Part shown: positions 11,344 to 22,170 of the stretch, in pieces
Layout: each line of letters opens with the position of its first letter
Position numbering within the stretch: position 1 is the first letter of the stretch
From: Gnetum montanum
Lineage: Eukaryota > Plantae > Gnetophyta
NCBI GenBank assembly: GCA_015680685.1
Contig: MNCI01000296.1
Coordinates: forward strand, 166,364-230,363
Length of the DNA: 64,000 nt
Direction of reading: 5' to 3'
Program-made: the position numbers and the translations under genes
Notes under the pieces: model-generated
The model's database searches: none
The model's input: only the letters and a program-made list of their open reading frames with translations
Told to the model about the DNA's origin: nothing

Positions 11344-14300
11344 TTAGATAATGGTGTAAAGCAAAATGAAACTATATTGTTCATCATAATACAAGTGCCA
11401 TGCAGACAAAGCACAGTGAATTATTGAGGTTCATATACAAAAGGTCTTCTCCTCTTTTGCAAGGCACCAATTTTTCTAAGTCTACATGTAATTGCTATAG
11501 GATCTATCTACCCAATAACCATAATTACACCATCATTGCTATCCATGAAGGCATGCACCAAACCTTCCATTTTAGTAACACTTTTGAGCACCTTCTACTT
11601 CTTTCTAGGGTCCTCTATAGGATGTTGGAGAATGATTCAAACTTGAAAATTGTATTAGCAGCTTCTTAACTTGGTCATTTGCAGTTTGTTAGTTCCTTGA
11701 TTTTCTTTTTTTTTTTGTTTTGAGATCATGGCTAAGATAGTGTTGATATTTTCTATAATTCAATTACATTGTAAAGCCTATATAAAGGCTAGTTTAGTGT
11801 TGAATAATGTGTGGCACTTAAGCAATAAGACTAGAGCATTAGCTTTGTGTAATCTTCTCTCTTTTGTTCTGGATTATTCTCTCCTTTGTCCCTTTGTTTT
11901 TGTTATCCCTTCCCATCAAAGTGGTATAGGAGCAGGTTTTCATTTCTTTGCTGGACGTAGGTGAGAAATTTGAGAGCAAAACCATGATGGCAACTGATAG
12001 AAATACTGTGAGTGTCTCTTAGCCTATGATTCCTATCTTCAAAGGTGAAAATTATGAATTCTGAAGTATCAAAATGAAGATTCTATTCAGGTCTCAAGAT
12101 CTTTGGGACTTGGTAGAGAATGAGTTTGCAGATCTTAATGATGAAAAAAGATTGAAAGAAAATAAGAAGAGAGACTTTAAGACACTACTCTTCATTCAGC
12201 AAGCCATTCATGATTCAGTATTTTCGAGAATTGTAGAAGAAGAGGAAAGGGAGATTAAGCTATTTATGATCCAACTTGAAGATTGGAAGGCTTCCAATGA
12301 TGTCTAGTTCTTAGAAAGTGGCTGCTCTAATCATATGAGTCGCACACAAACATTGTTTAAAGAACTTGATGAGTCACACAAAATGAAAGTGAGGCACAAA
12401 GATGATAAGCTAATGCAAGTTGAAGGAAAGGGTACTGTGGTAATCACTAATGATTATGGCAAGGTAAAATAGCTTAGTGATGTCCTCTTTGTTCCTAGTT
12501 TATATCAAAATTTATTGAGTGTTGGGCAACTCATGGTTAGAGGATATAGTGTCGTGTTTGACCATGACTCATGTGTGATAAGAGACAAACAATTAGATCA
12601 AGTGATTGTTGAGGTGCGTATGACTCCAAACAAGCTATTCCCACTTGAATTTTTCTAATATAGAAAATCATGCTCTTGTTGTAAAAGAAAATAGTGAGTC
12701 CAAATTGTGGCATTTAACATATGGACATTTGAATGTTAAGGGATTGAAATTATTAAGTTAAAAGGAAATGGTATTTAGGTTGTCTAAAATCGAGTTCTTG
12801 AATTTATATGAAGGGTGTATTTTTAGAAAACAAAGTAGAAAACCATTTTGTGTGGGAAAGTCTTGGAGGGCATCTAATTATCTTAATCTTTTACATGTTG
12901 ATTTGTGTGGTCCTATGAAAATAGAGTCATTTGGTAGGAGTCGATACTTTTTGCTATTCACACATGCTTATGGTTGTATGAGTTGGGTTTATTTCCTACA
13001 ACAAAAGTCAAAAACCTTTAAAGTTTTTAAAAAATTTTAAAAACTTGTTGAAAAGCAAATTTGAAGATGCATCAAGAGCTTTTGCACTAACAATGGTGGT
13101 GAGTTCATGTCTCAAGAATTTAATCTTTTTTGTGAAAGCCATGACATTCCTAGAGAATTAATAGCACCCTATACACCTAAGCAAAATGGAATGGTTGAAT
13201 GAAAGAATCATATTGTTATGGAGATGGCAAGAAGTCTATTGAAAGCAAAAGGACTTCCAAATCAGTTGTGGGGAGAAGTAGTTTCCACTGCAGTTTATTT
13301 GTTGAATTTTTCACCAACAAGGGTAGTGATAAACAAAACTCCATATGAAGCATGGAATGGTAAGAGGCCTTCAGTAAAACACTTAAGAGTCTTTGGCTGT
13401 ATTTTCTATGCTTTGGTAGATTCTCATAATCATAGCAAGCTTGATGAAAAATTTGTCAAATGTATTTTTATTGGCTATTGTTCCAATTCCAAAGCATGTA
13501 GGCTATATAACCTTGTTAGTAGCAAAGTGTTCATTAGCAAGAATGTTGAGTTTGATGAACAGGCAGGGTGGACATGGCATGAAAATAATGAAGGATTGTA
13601 CTTTGAATTTCCAACTGAAGGAGAAACAAATGGAGTTCAACAACAAACTCCTCATAGCTCAACAAATTCATCAATTCCAGCTTTACCAAATTCTACTATT
13701 TCAAGTTCCAGCAATGGCACTACTCCTCCAAGAAAGTTCAAGTCATTGACTAAAGTCTATGAGACAACACAAGCCTTATTTGTTGTAGACCCAACAAGCT
13801 TTGAAGAAGCAATAGAGAAGGAAGAATGATGTAATGCAATGGTAGAGGAGTTGAAGGTAATTTTAAAAAAAATGATACATGGGAATTGGTAGAGCTACTA
13901 GAAGGCAAGAATATTATAGAAGTTAAATGGATTTTTAGAACAAAATATGATGCAAATGGTAGCATTCAAAAGCACAAGGCTCAACTCATGTCAGAAGGAT
14001 ATTCACAGCAACAAGGTGTAGATTTTGAAGACAACTTTTCACGAGTTGCACGATTTGAAACTGTAGGATTACTTTTAGCCTTGGCTACTCAATTGAATTG
14101 GCCTATTTATCAATTTGATGTAAAGTCTGCATTCCTAAATGGAGACTTAAAGGAAGAAGTTTATGTCTTTCAACTTGATAGCTTTATTGTTCAAGGAAAA
14201 TAAGAGCACGTTTACATGTTAAAAAAGGCACTTTACAAACTGAGGCAGGCTCTAAGGGCATGGCACAATAAAATTGACTCATTTTTTTTCCAAAATGGCT

Positions 14301-15757
14301 TTGAAAGGAGTAAGAACAAGCCCAATCTTTATTTGAAGAAACAAGGTCAAAATTATCTTTTGATTATTTTCCTCTATGTGGATGATATTATATACATGGG
14401 TTCTTCTTCTTCTCTCATTGAAGAATTCAAAGTTTGCATGACGAAAAAGTTTGAAATGTCAGATTTAGGTGTGCTACACTACTTTCTTGGCCTTGAAGTG
14501 AAGCAGGTTGAGGATGGTATCTTTGTGTCACAAAGAAAATATGCTACTAATTTTCTTAAACAATTTAACATGTTGAATTGCAAAATTGCAGCAACACTTA
14601 TGAACATGAATGAGAAGTTGTAGCTTAATGATGGTACTGATTAGGCAAAAACGACATTTCAGAAGCTTAGTAGAAAGCTTAATCTATTTGACTCATACGA
14701 GACCTGACATAGCTTTCTTAGTTGGAGTTATTTCAAGATTCATGCACTCTCCTACAAAGAATCATCTTGGAGTAGCAAAGAAAGTGTTACAATATAATGC
14801 AAGAAAAATTGATTTTGGACTGTGGTATGGTCATGTTTCAGAGTTCAAACTATTTGGATACATTGACAGTGATTAGGCTAGATGTTTGGAAAATAGAAGG
14901 AGCACTTTGAGTTACATTTTTAATCTTGGTTCAACTGCCATATGTTGGAGTTCAAAGAAGCAAGCTACAACTACCCTATCTTCATCTGAAGCTGAATATG
15001 CAGCTGCAACCTCATCAGCATGTCAAGTAATCTGGTTAAGGAGAATTCTTGTAGATGTTAATCAAGAGTAAAAGGAAGTAATTGAAATTTATTGCGACAA
15101 CAAAGCTACAATTTCAATGTCAAAAAATCCAACCTACCATGAAAGAATTAAGCATATTGACATTTGAGTTCATTTTAATCAAGATCTTATGTCAAATGAA
15201 TCAATTATCTTAAAGTACTGCAATACGAATGAACAGGTGGTTGATGTTCTCATGAAATCCCTCCCTTAAGACAAGCATGTTTATTTCAGGCTTAAACTTG
15301 GTGTATGCAACTTTGAATTAAGAGGGAGTGTTGGAGAATGATTCAAACTTGACAATTGTATTAACTTCTTGACTTCGTTGTTTGTAGTTTGTTAGTTCCT
15401 TGAATTTCTGTTTTTCTGTTTTGAGATCATGGCTAAGATAGTGCCAACATTTTTTGGTGATTTAGTTGCATTGTAAAGCCTATATAAAGGTTGGTCTAGT
15501 ATTGAATAATGTGTGGCAGTTAAGCAATAAAAACATAGCATTTGTTTCATGTAATCTTCTCTCTTTTGTTTTGGATTATCCTCTCCTTTGTCCCTCTATT
15601 TTAGTTATCCCTTCCTATCACAAGATGCACTTTACAACTTTTTGCATCCATAACAAAAATAAAATTAAATGAGATGTTATTAGGTACATAAATTCTTATC
15701 TTTTAAAGAACACAAGGCAATGCCAAGGGGGGCCTTTTTCTAGCTTCTTACCTTCAT
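11344..15757 (-). pseudogene. Type B HIPP pseudogene (B1) interrupted by Copia-2
   Basis: ATG AAG|GT at 15757-15750; acceptor mutated to CAA; exon 2 split at 11622/15621; colinear with B3; internal deletions; terminal CaaX Cys changed to Tyr (YTII*). Confidence 0.85.
11623..15620 (+). mobile_element. Degenerate Ty1/Copia LTR retrotransposon (Copia-2) with internal gag deletion
   Basis: LTRs TG..CA 11623-11918 and 15329-15620; PBS TGGTATAGGAGC at 11922; PPT AGAGGGAG; TSD TAGGA/CAAGA, each one change from CAGGA in the uninterrupted paralogue B2. Integrase (HVDLCGP), RT (DVKSAFLNG, LYVDD) and RNase H (SSSEAEY) remnants. Confidence 0.95.
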
Positions 15758-16174
15758 GTAGTGCACATTGCCGAGGCAAAAGTTTTTTGTTCTTGTGTGT
15801 GCGCCTAGGTTTTGCTTGGAGAATATTAGAATACACATTGAGTTATATATTATGCAGAATCTCCTCTTAGGTGCCAACTGGCCATGAAATTAATGCCCAA
15901 TGTGAATGAGGCTTAGCTAGATTGAACTTCTTCTCATGACCATTGAACCATTCATGGTGTAAAGGACAAAGCAATAAAAGTTACGATGTGGATCCAAACT
16001 TTTTTGGCATTTGTATATTCTAAATTCTTGATATTGGAGATGCATGAATTCAGCAACTATACATGGATTTTAATAATATTATTCATTCTCCATCACTTTG
16101 CTTTTGAAGGATTTTGTGGAGGCTCTCGAGGCATCAACCTATGTAGTTTTGGCTAGTACAAACCAACGATGTTT

Positions 16175-17100
16175 AAAGTGAAGAACACTATAACTTATTC
16201 ACCAAATCAAATAGTTGAGCGTTACATTTTTTGCAATATAAAAGGGTTTCTTGTATAGTGGTACCAAATCTCATCAAGTTATTACAAAAGTTATATTTAT
16301 AAGCATTTTATATTTGTTCTTGTAACTATTGTATGGTCAGAGGTGTCTTGATAATATTATTTTTGAAGAATATTGTTGTTGATTTTAATGCATAATTATT
16401 ATCATGTTGTAAATGTGATACCTACAAACATGATTGAATAAAGAATTAAGTAATATTATTTATCAAATTTGATAAAAATTTAGTGCAAAACTAAAATGTA
16501 TTGTACTTAATTATTTATGATGACCAAATCTACCATCCTTATATCAGATTAGATGCTTTGCATATTCATGTAGCATGATAGTCTTAACTTCTCTTGTAAG
16601 GAAGTCACATTTACCATGTGGAAATAATATAGGAAATGACATTGGAAGCATACCAATTGTGTTAAATTCATTTATTAGGAAATTTGATAATGTAGGCCAT
16701 TGTGTTGTATCTAAATATTCCATATTCAGATTCTATAATCATGCTTTTATTAAATCCAGCTCTTTTCCCAACATCAATGGTCAAAATGCAATTGATGGTG
16801 TATGTTCATCCATAGGTTCTTCTTCACCTTCATCTAAGTCAATCACTAGACCATCAACTTGTATTCTTACATTTCCTTCCTCTTTAAATACTGGAATGCA
16901 AGAGATCTTCATGAAGATATTGACATCCTCATCTTCAATAATCTCATCCAAGACATGCATATTAATTTCAACATCATGATAGTAAGGATCATTTTTCTAC
17001 TTTATATCTTAAACCTTCATAAACATGTTTTTTATTTACCATGAAGTTGTAGTTAGTTTCCTTTTGATTTGTTCTTCTCAATATTAGCAGTGGAATCTCA
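16175..17100 (-). mobile_element. Helitron-like Rep N-terminal fragment (DUF6570 plus Helitron_like_N type), degenerate
   Basis: Minus-strand translation: EIPLLILRR..FMVNKKHVYEGLRYKVE/DPYYHDVEI..; WPTLSNFLINEFNTIGMLPMSFPILFPHGKCDF..LHEYAKHLI*YKDGRFGHH; then NLMRFGTTIQETLLYCKKCNAQLFDLVNKL*CSSL. Matches the remembered INEF..FPxLFPxG..HL..YxDGRF..LRGT..YW..L.DM pattern. Confidence 0.75.
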
Positions 17101-17603
17101 CAATGAAGCAGGTTCACTCCAATATTAAATCACATTCTAATACTAAATCTAGATATTATAAAAAGATAATCAAATTGCTAAAAAACAAAAAAAAAATATC
17201 TTCAATTATTCAAATAGAAGATTAAAATAGGATTTCAAAATCCACAAACATCCTAAACCTCTCGAACACTCAAATGATGATGCAGAGCATGATAGTATCC
17301 AAGATTTGAGAAGATGTGGGGCTCTCTTCCACCCAAGGTCTTGGCGGACAGGCATTGAACTGAACTGAACTCATGATTTAATATGTACAATTGCAGCAGC
17401 AGGGATGACAAAAACAGAGCTTACAAAAGCCTTCTTTTCCAAAGCAGTGTTACCGCATAAGCTAGGCAAGTCCATGAGATGAGATGCCATAAAAAAGAAT
17501 ACTATGCAAATGAATAAACCAAAACTGAAAATCAAAAAAAGGCTTAGCTAATAAGCATAGCTATACAATGAAACGTAACGTTTCGTTTGAAGATTGCCAT
17601 TTT

Positions 17604-18220
17604 CTACACCCGACAACAGATTGAGCAACAATCCTGAAGTCGTAATGATCTGCATCTCTGTAAGCACGTGCCACAGGTGCAAAATATGAGAACCAATCAT
17701 AAGGTTCATAGTAAACCACATTTGAGGAGCAGCAGGAGCAGTATACTTCTTTTCATCATTTTTATTTTTATGGTTGTCCTTGTTTTTTCTTTTGGTCTTT
17801 CTTCTATTTCTTCTCCTCTTTGACAGGGCCAATGTTCACAAGCTGTCACGCAGAATTTCCTAATTTTCACCGGATGTTTTGCTTTGTGTCAATGGATACG
17901 GATTCCACTCCTGCACTCCACAACCACAACGGTTTTGTTGGAGCCTAGCCGTTAGCAGGGGTAGGCACTTTCACGAGCAATGAAACTGGATTTTTCATAA
18001 TATTTTGTAGTTACTTGAATTTTACTTACCCTGCATTCCTGCAGCGCACTTCAGCGCTTTCTGCCTCAACTTAAAGTCCTCAAAGGAAGCAACCCTGATC
18101 ACAACTTTCTGAAAACGAATTTGATACGGATTCTCAGTAAAATTAAAGTCGTAGTGTGTATCCTAGATCAAACAGAGGGAAACTCAAAAAATTAGGTCAT
18201 GCTTAGGCGCTTACCTTCAT
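17604..18220 (-). pseudogene. Type A HMA pseudogene (A2); exons 18220-18215, 18108-18030, 17910-17604
   Basis: Exons 1-2 intact (MKKVVIRVASFEDFKLRQKALKCAAGMQG). Exon 3 has a deletion giving VESVSIDTKQNIR*, plus a 12-bp deletion and the shared TAG at 17806-17804. Confidence 0.88.
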
Positions 18221-18441
18221 GTTTTGGAAACCAAAGCCCAATGGAGAGCGCGGACAAAGTTACGTCAGCAGAGGAAGAGGAATCAATGAATGGAGAGCGA
18301 TTCAGGTTCCTCTTCTTTTCTGTATCTGTTCTGCTTTTTCAATGCAAAATCGATGGCCGAGGGGCCAGGGTTTAAATAAAAATAGCTTCTCTCATTTTTC
18401 ACAAACGCTGAAGCTGAAAGTTCATGTGGGCTACCTTCCGC

Positions 18442-19175
18442 GTAATATTCGAAGAATTACAAAATATTATGAAAAACCGTAAAATTGCCTACCCCTGCTA
18501 CCGACCAGGATCTGACAAAAGCGTTGTGGTTGTGGAGTGCAGGATCCATTGACATAAGGGAAAACAAAAACAAGATCACAGTGATTGGCCACGGATCCAG
18601 TGAAAATTAGGGAATTCCGCGGGACAGAGGTTGTGAGCGTTGGCCTGTCAAAGAGGAGAAGAAATAGAAGAAAGACCAAAAGAAAAAACAGGGACAACAA
18701 TGAAAATGATGAAAAGAAGGCTTCTGTTCCTGCTTCTCCTCAAACTGTTGTTTACTATGAACCTTATGATTGGTCATCATATCTTGCACCTGTGGCACTT
18801 GCTTACAGAGATACAGATCATTACGACTTAAGGGATTGTTGCTCTATCTGTTGTAGGTTGTAGAAAATGGCAATCTTCAAACAAAACGTTATCTTTCACT
18901 GTATAGCTATGCTTATTATCTAAGCCTTTGTTGTGGTTTTCAGTTTTCTTTTATTCATTTGCATAGTATTCCTTTTGATGGCATCTCATCTCATGGACTT
19001 GCCAAGCTTATGTTGTAATATAGCTTTGGAAAAGAAAGCTTTTGGAAGCCCGGTTCCTGTCATCCCTGCTGCTGCAATTGTACATATTAAATCTCGAGTT
19101 CACTTCAGTTCAATGCCTGTCAGCCAAAACCTTGGGTGGAACGGAGCCCCCCATTCTCTCAAATCTTGGATACTA
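18442..19175 (+). pseudogene. Inverted partial type A copy (A3): intron 2, exon 3 and 3' flank only
   Basis: Reverse complement of about 17293-18025. ORF 18585-18863 gives DPVKIREFRGTEVVSVG..VVYYEPYDWSSYLAP..DCCSICCRL; exons 1-2 absent; frameshifted. Confidence 0.88.
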
Positions 19176-19494
19176 ACTTTCAAACAAGTTCACAACCCTT
19201 CAAGCCAAGTCAAATGTTGGATACTCACCGAGTTCATGAACCATCAAGTATGACGGAAGCATTGAAGACGAAAGTATAAAAGATGTCACGCAAAAGGAGT
19301 ATGTCTCAATAACGAAGAAAACATGGTCCTTAGCAACTAAACCTAAAGGCAAGGAGGTAACTGATACCAAGTATTTACCTATTGTAGGTAATGCTCCTGC
19401 TGCAACAAACCACCAAAGCAAAAATTCTGTTTTAAGAACAATGCAAACACCAAAGCAAAAATTCTGTTTTAAGAACAATGCAAACAGAGATGAT

Positions 19495-19926
19495 TCAGAT
19501 AATGTTGCAAGGCGAAATGCAATCGTACTGTTCATTATAATATCAGTATCCTGCAGGCCAAGCATAGTGAATTATTTGAGGTTCATCTACAAGCGGTCTC
19601 CTCATCTTTTGCAGGGCCACAATTTTTCCGAGCCTGCATGTAGTAGCCCCAATAACTGCAACCACACCGCCGTTGGTATCCATGGAGGCATTCACCACAT
19701 CTTCCATTCCAGCAACACTTATGAGCGCCTTCTTCTTCTTTCTGGGGTCCTATACAGGATGCACTTTAACAACGTTCTGCACCCATAACAAACACACAAA
19801 CAAAATTAAATGAGATGTTTTCCTGTAAAATCTAGTTAAAAGCAAGGATTGCTATAATAAATTCTTATAATCTTGTAAACAAGACAAAGAAATGCCGGAC
19901 GGGCCTTTTTAGCTTCTTACCTTCCT
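19495..19926 (-). pseudogene. Type B HIPP pseudogene (B2)
   Basis: Start codon changed from ATG to AGG (19926-19924); intron 19920-19777 intact; exon 2 NVVKVHPV*DPRKKKKALISVAGMEDVV..WPAGY*YYNEQYDCISPCNII* with two stops and deletions shared with B1. Confidence 0.88.
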
Positions 19927-19929
19927 GTT

Positions 19930-20440
19930 ATGAACGCTGCTGAGGCAGTAGTTTTCTGTGTGCCTAGGCTTTGCTCGCAGAAAATTGCAATACACATAAA
20001 CATATATACAGTACAGAATCTCATCATGCGTGCCAATCGCCCACGAAACCAAGGCCGAGCCTGAATGAGGCTTCTCTACAATGAATTTCTTCCGACGACC
20101 ATTGACCATTCCTGGCGAAACGACAAAATTGTAAAAGTTACGATGTGGATGCAGAGTTTTGGCGTTTTGGGTATTCTTAATCTATGACGAAGATGTCGCG
20201 TCCTGCGCGAAAAGTCTTCAGTCGAAGATACAAATCTGCACGAAAAACAAATAAACTGCTGGCAACAACAGAGCGGCCAAAAAGCAAAGCAACCCAAGCG
20301 GTGCGTCCCTAGTGCGGAATTTTCTTGGAATCGCGTAAAGACAGTTTCTGCACGTTCATGGACTTTCCACGCCCGTCGCGTAAATGCATTCTGGTGTTCC
20401 TTTGAAATAAAATGATTCAAGTCTTACTAAGTCAAAAGAT
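19930..20440 (-). promoter_or_regulatory. CpG-rich promoter of B2, homologous to the B3 promoter
   Basis: TATA-like at about 20005; blocks shared with 57300-57730 (AATTTTCTYGGAATCGCG, CATGGAMKTTCCAC); several CGCG boxes; W-box near 20430. Confidence 0.6.
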
Positions 20441-21009
20441 CCGTAAGATATTTTGTTACTAGCCTTTAGAAAAAACTAAATCTTTCTTTATTTCCAATTT
20501 TGTAAAATCATCTTTAATTATTATTATTTATCTTTTTTAGTTTTCCTTTCCATCTTCAATATATATAATAACAAAATTTGATGACATAATTTCTTCCATG
20601 GGAACTTACGTAATACTACCTGATGTTCGCCCATGTTAACTTTGTAGTAGACCAACGATATCTTGCCCACTGCATAAACGATATCTTGTCCACTGCATAT
20701 ACAATTTTAGATTGTATTTTGTTTGAGTTGTGTGACCTAGTCAAGGTGTGATGGACTCCTTATTTGAAGTAGCTACAAGAACATGTATTAATGTAAGATT
20801 GCAATTTGCTGGTGCATTGCCGGGAATTATGGCATTCTTGTTAAGGGATTTGAGATTAGACAAACAACATGGTTGTGATGATACTGCACAAGTGCTAAAC
20901 GTTGTTGATCAAAATTACATGATCCCAGGGAAAATTTTAATAGGTCAAACAAGTCATCGAGTGTACACATGATATATGATGAATTATACTCATTTTGGGA
21001 ATCAAAATT

Positions 21010-22165
21010 TTTCTACATTAGGGCTGATGTAGGTCAAATTTTTTTCTCTATGTCACTTGTAGCCCTAGATAACCTTACTTGTGTTACTTATACAAAACTG
21101 CATTTGGGTATCAACTTGGACTCTATAGGATCTTAAACAATGCACCCTAGGCTTCTAGGACATCATAGGGTTTGAATTGAGTAAATTTGATAGTTTAATC
21201 TTAGGACCCTAGAACTCCATTCTTTGTGACATTGGAAAAGATTGGGAATCAATATTTTTCTAATTGTTGGGTTGAGGTAGATTAAAATTTTTCTCCATAC
21301 TAGTTATACCCCTAGATAACCTTGCCTACATCATCTACACAAAACTGCATCTCGGCATCAACTTGGACTCTGTGGGGCTTTAAATGCTACATTCTAGGCT
21401 CTTGTGGCATCATAAGATTTGAATTTAACAATTTTGACAGTTTAACCTTAGGATCCCCAAGGTCAAACTTTTTCTAATTTTGGAGGGGACACTAATGCTA
21501 ATGACAATGTTAGCACCTCCAATGGTACCTTTAACATCTTCATGTCACTCCACACCTTTAGTTTGTAGCATTCCATCAGTCTATAGGATCCTCAATGTCC
21601 AAAAAACATCATTTTGGCTTAATTTAGGATTAGTTTGGGCATATTGAGAGTTAGAATTCTCAATCTAAAAAATTGTTAAAAAATTATCTAACTTTAGTGT
21701 TGATGTTGACACTAACAATAGTGTCAATAGTTAAAAATGTTGCATTTTGTGATCCTTGACCTTTAGGTTTGTCAGTCAACACCTTTCCTTAGCTTCTTAG
21801 GCTTCTCAGCATTGTCTTAGTAACATATAACATTAGCTCAAACATCAAAAGGGGACCTAGAAGTTTAAAATTATAATTTGGGCAAATGTGGAAAAATTTA
21901 ACTAAGTCCCATTAACACTGATGTTGATGTTATCATCAACACCTATGGAACCCATATTTTTCCGTTCTTGACCATCACATCATGCATTTAATAGCATCCC
22001 TTGGCCTCATGGTCTTGTTGGCATTGTCATGGCACCATTTACCATCAGTTCGATCATCAAAATGGATGCTAGAGGGTTGGAATTATAGTTAGGTAAAACT
22101 TGGAAGTTTATTTTAAGTTCTAGTTAATATTAACATTGATGCTAGTGTTAGTGTTAGCATTAACA
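21010..22165. repeat. Degenerate repetitive element (about 247-bp and 213-bp direct repeats) that received the Athila insertion; continues at 32157-32360 as about 34-bp repeats
   Basis: AAAACTGCAT..CAACTTGGACTCT at about 21094 and 21341; CATTGTC..CATCAAAA..CTAGA at about 21809 and 22022; AACATYAACAC..GTTA motifs on both sides of the Athila element. Confidence 0.55.
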
Positions 22166-22170
22166 CTAGA

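Larger units (their letters stand above)
17293..19175. repeat. Long inverted repeat, arms about 17293-18025 and 18442-19175, loop about 415 bp
   Basis: Outer ends TAGTATCCAAGATTTGAG / CTCAAATCTTGGATACTA. A hand-aligned 60-nt segment (17641-17700 against its mate) has 55/60 matches. Confidence 0.92.

Noticed and set aside
20748-20972. 74-aa plus-strand ORF with moderate GC
   Set aside because: No recognisable motif, splice context or paralogue in the window.
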